Shown here piece by piece: positions 63,868 through 64,000 of a stretch of 64,000 nt of DNA (the first letter of the stretch is position 1; each line of letters begins with the position of its first letter). The notes below the pieces were generated by a model. It worked only from the letters and a program-made list of their open reading frames with translations, was not told the DNA's origin and ran no database searches. A program made the translations under genes and the position numbers. Source of the stretch: Acidimicrobiales bacterium (lineage in GTDB: Bacteria; Actinomycetota; Acidimicrobiia; Acidimicrobiales; GCA-2861595); NCBI GenBank assembly GCA_030448025.1, contig JAUJNQ010000001.1, forward strand, positions 474,970 to 538,969, written 5' to 3'.

Positions 63868-64000
63868 GCGCGCTCGTCGCCACACTCGGGTGCAGTCTCA
63901 TGATGGTTCTGGCCCTCGCCGCCGTCGCCTGGTACGCCGCGAGCTCCGGCAAGTCGAGCGGCGACGGGGACGAGGTAGCCGCCCTCCGGGCCGAGATCGT
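63864..64000 (+). CDS. Small membrane protein, 3' end outside the window
   Basis: MSALVATLGCSLMMVLALAAVAWYAA... Shares the EVAALRAE motif with the preceding gene. ATGA overlap. Confidence 0.4.
   Translation, partial: MSALVATLGCSLMMVLALAAVAWYAASSGKSSGDGDEVAALRAEI

Overview
A 64-kb, very GC-rich segment (about 68-70% by eye) with Actinomycetota-like gene content: a mycothiol-type MDMPI/DinB enzyme, a DUF222-HNH protein, WXG100, DivIVA and GAF-ANTAR regulators. Most of it is a chromosomal backbone. This includes two-component systems, a NuoF-like flavoprotein, glycerate kinase, a PRK-RPE-class I FBA sugar-phosphate trio, PBP1A, a fur-catalase string, a CDF exporter, CopZ and c-di-GMP enzymes. 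Several accessory or decayed mobile patches interrupt it.

1. **1-5.7 kb:** an IS110-family transposase gene is split by a complete three-recombinase RIT element with 89-bp inverted repeats. Next to it lie a 52-nt tRNA-Val-like minihelix and a frameshifted phage-integrase stub.
2. **11.6-21.4 kb:** a compact type VII secretion-like operon. It encodes an FHA-FtsK/SpoIIIE triple ATPase, a WXG100 protein and a WXG-like helper, followed directly by a 1575-aa RHS protein. The RHS C-terminal 230 aa is a glycine-zipper domain, and there is no room for a downstream immunity gene. I consider this the most likely novel system in the window.
3. **24.3-31.8 kb:** eight co-directional genes. These are an ECF sigma/anti-sigma pair, a processive GT2 synthase, a GT-C (GT39-like) membrane transferase, a GH8 glycanase, a DivIVA-domain protein, a Ser/Thr-rich secreted protein and a DUF4190 protein.
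4. **49.7-52.6 kb:** an IS21 remnant, a low-GC islet encoding an HExxH protein, and an SOS-box-preceded DUF222-HNH gene.
5. **58.6-62.8 kb:** an RHH-like gene with GGAGCGACG repeats, divergent from an 822-aa patatin-like protein. These are followed by an RHH-Doc toxin-antitoxin pair with a frameshifted Doc, and an IS110 fragment.
6. **62.9-64.0 kb:** small metal-handling-type membrane and secreted proteins.

I found no rRNA, no intact tRNA and no CRISPR array. All functional calls come from motif recognition in the supplied translations. No database search was run.
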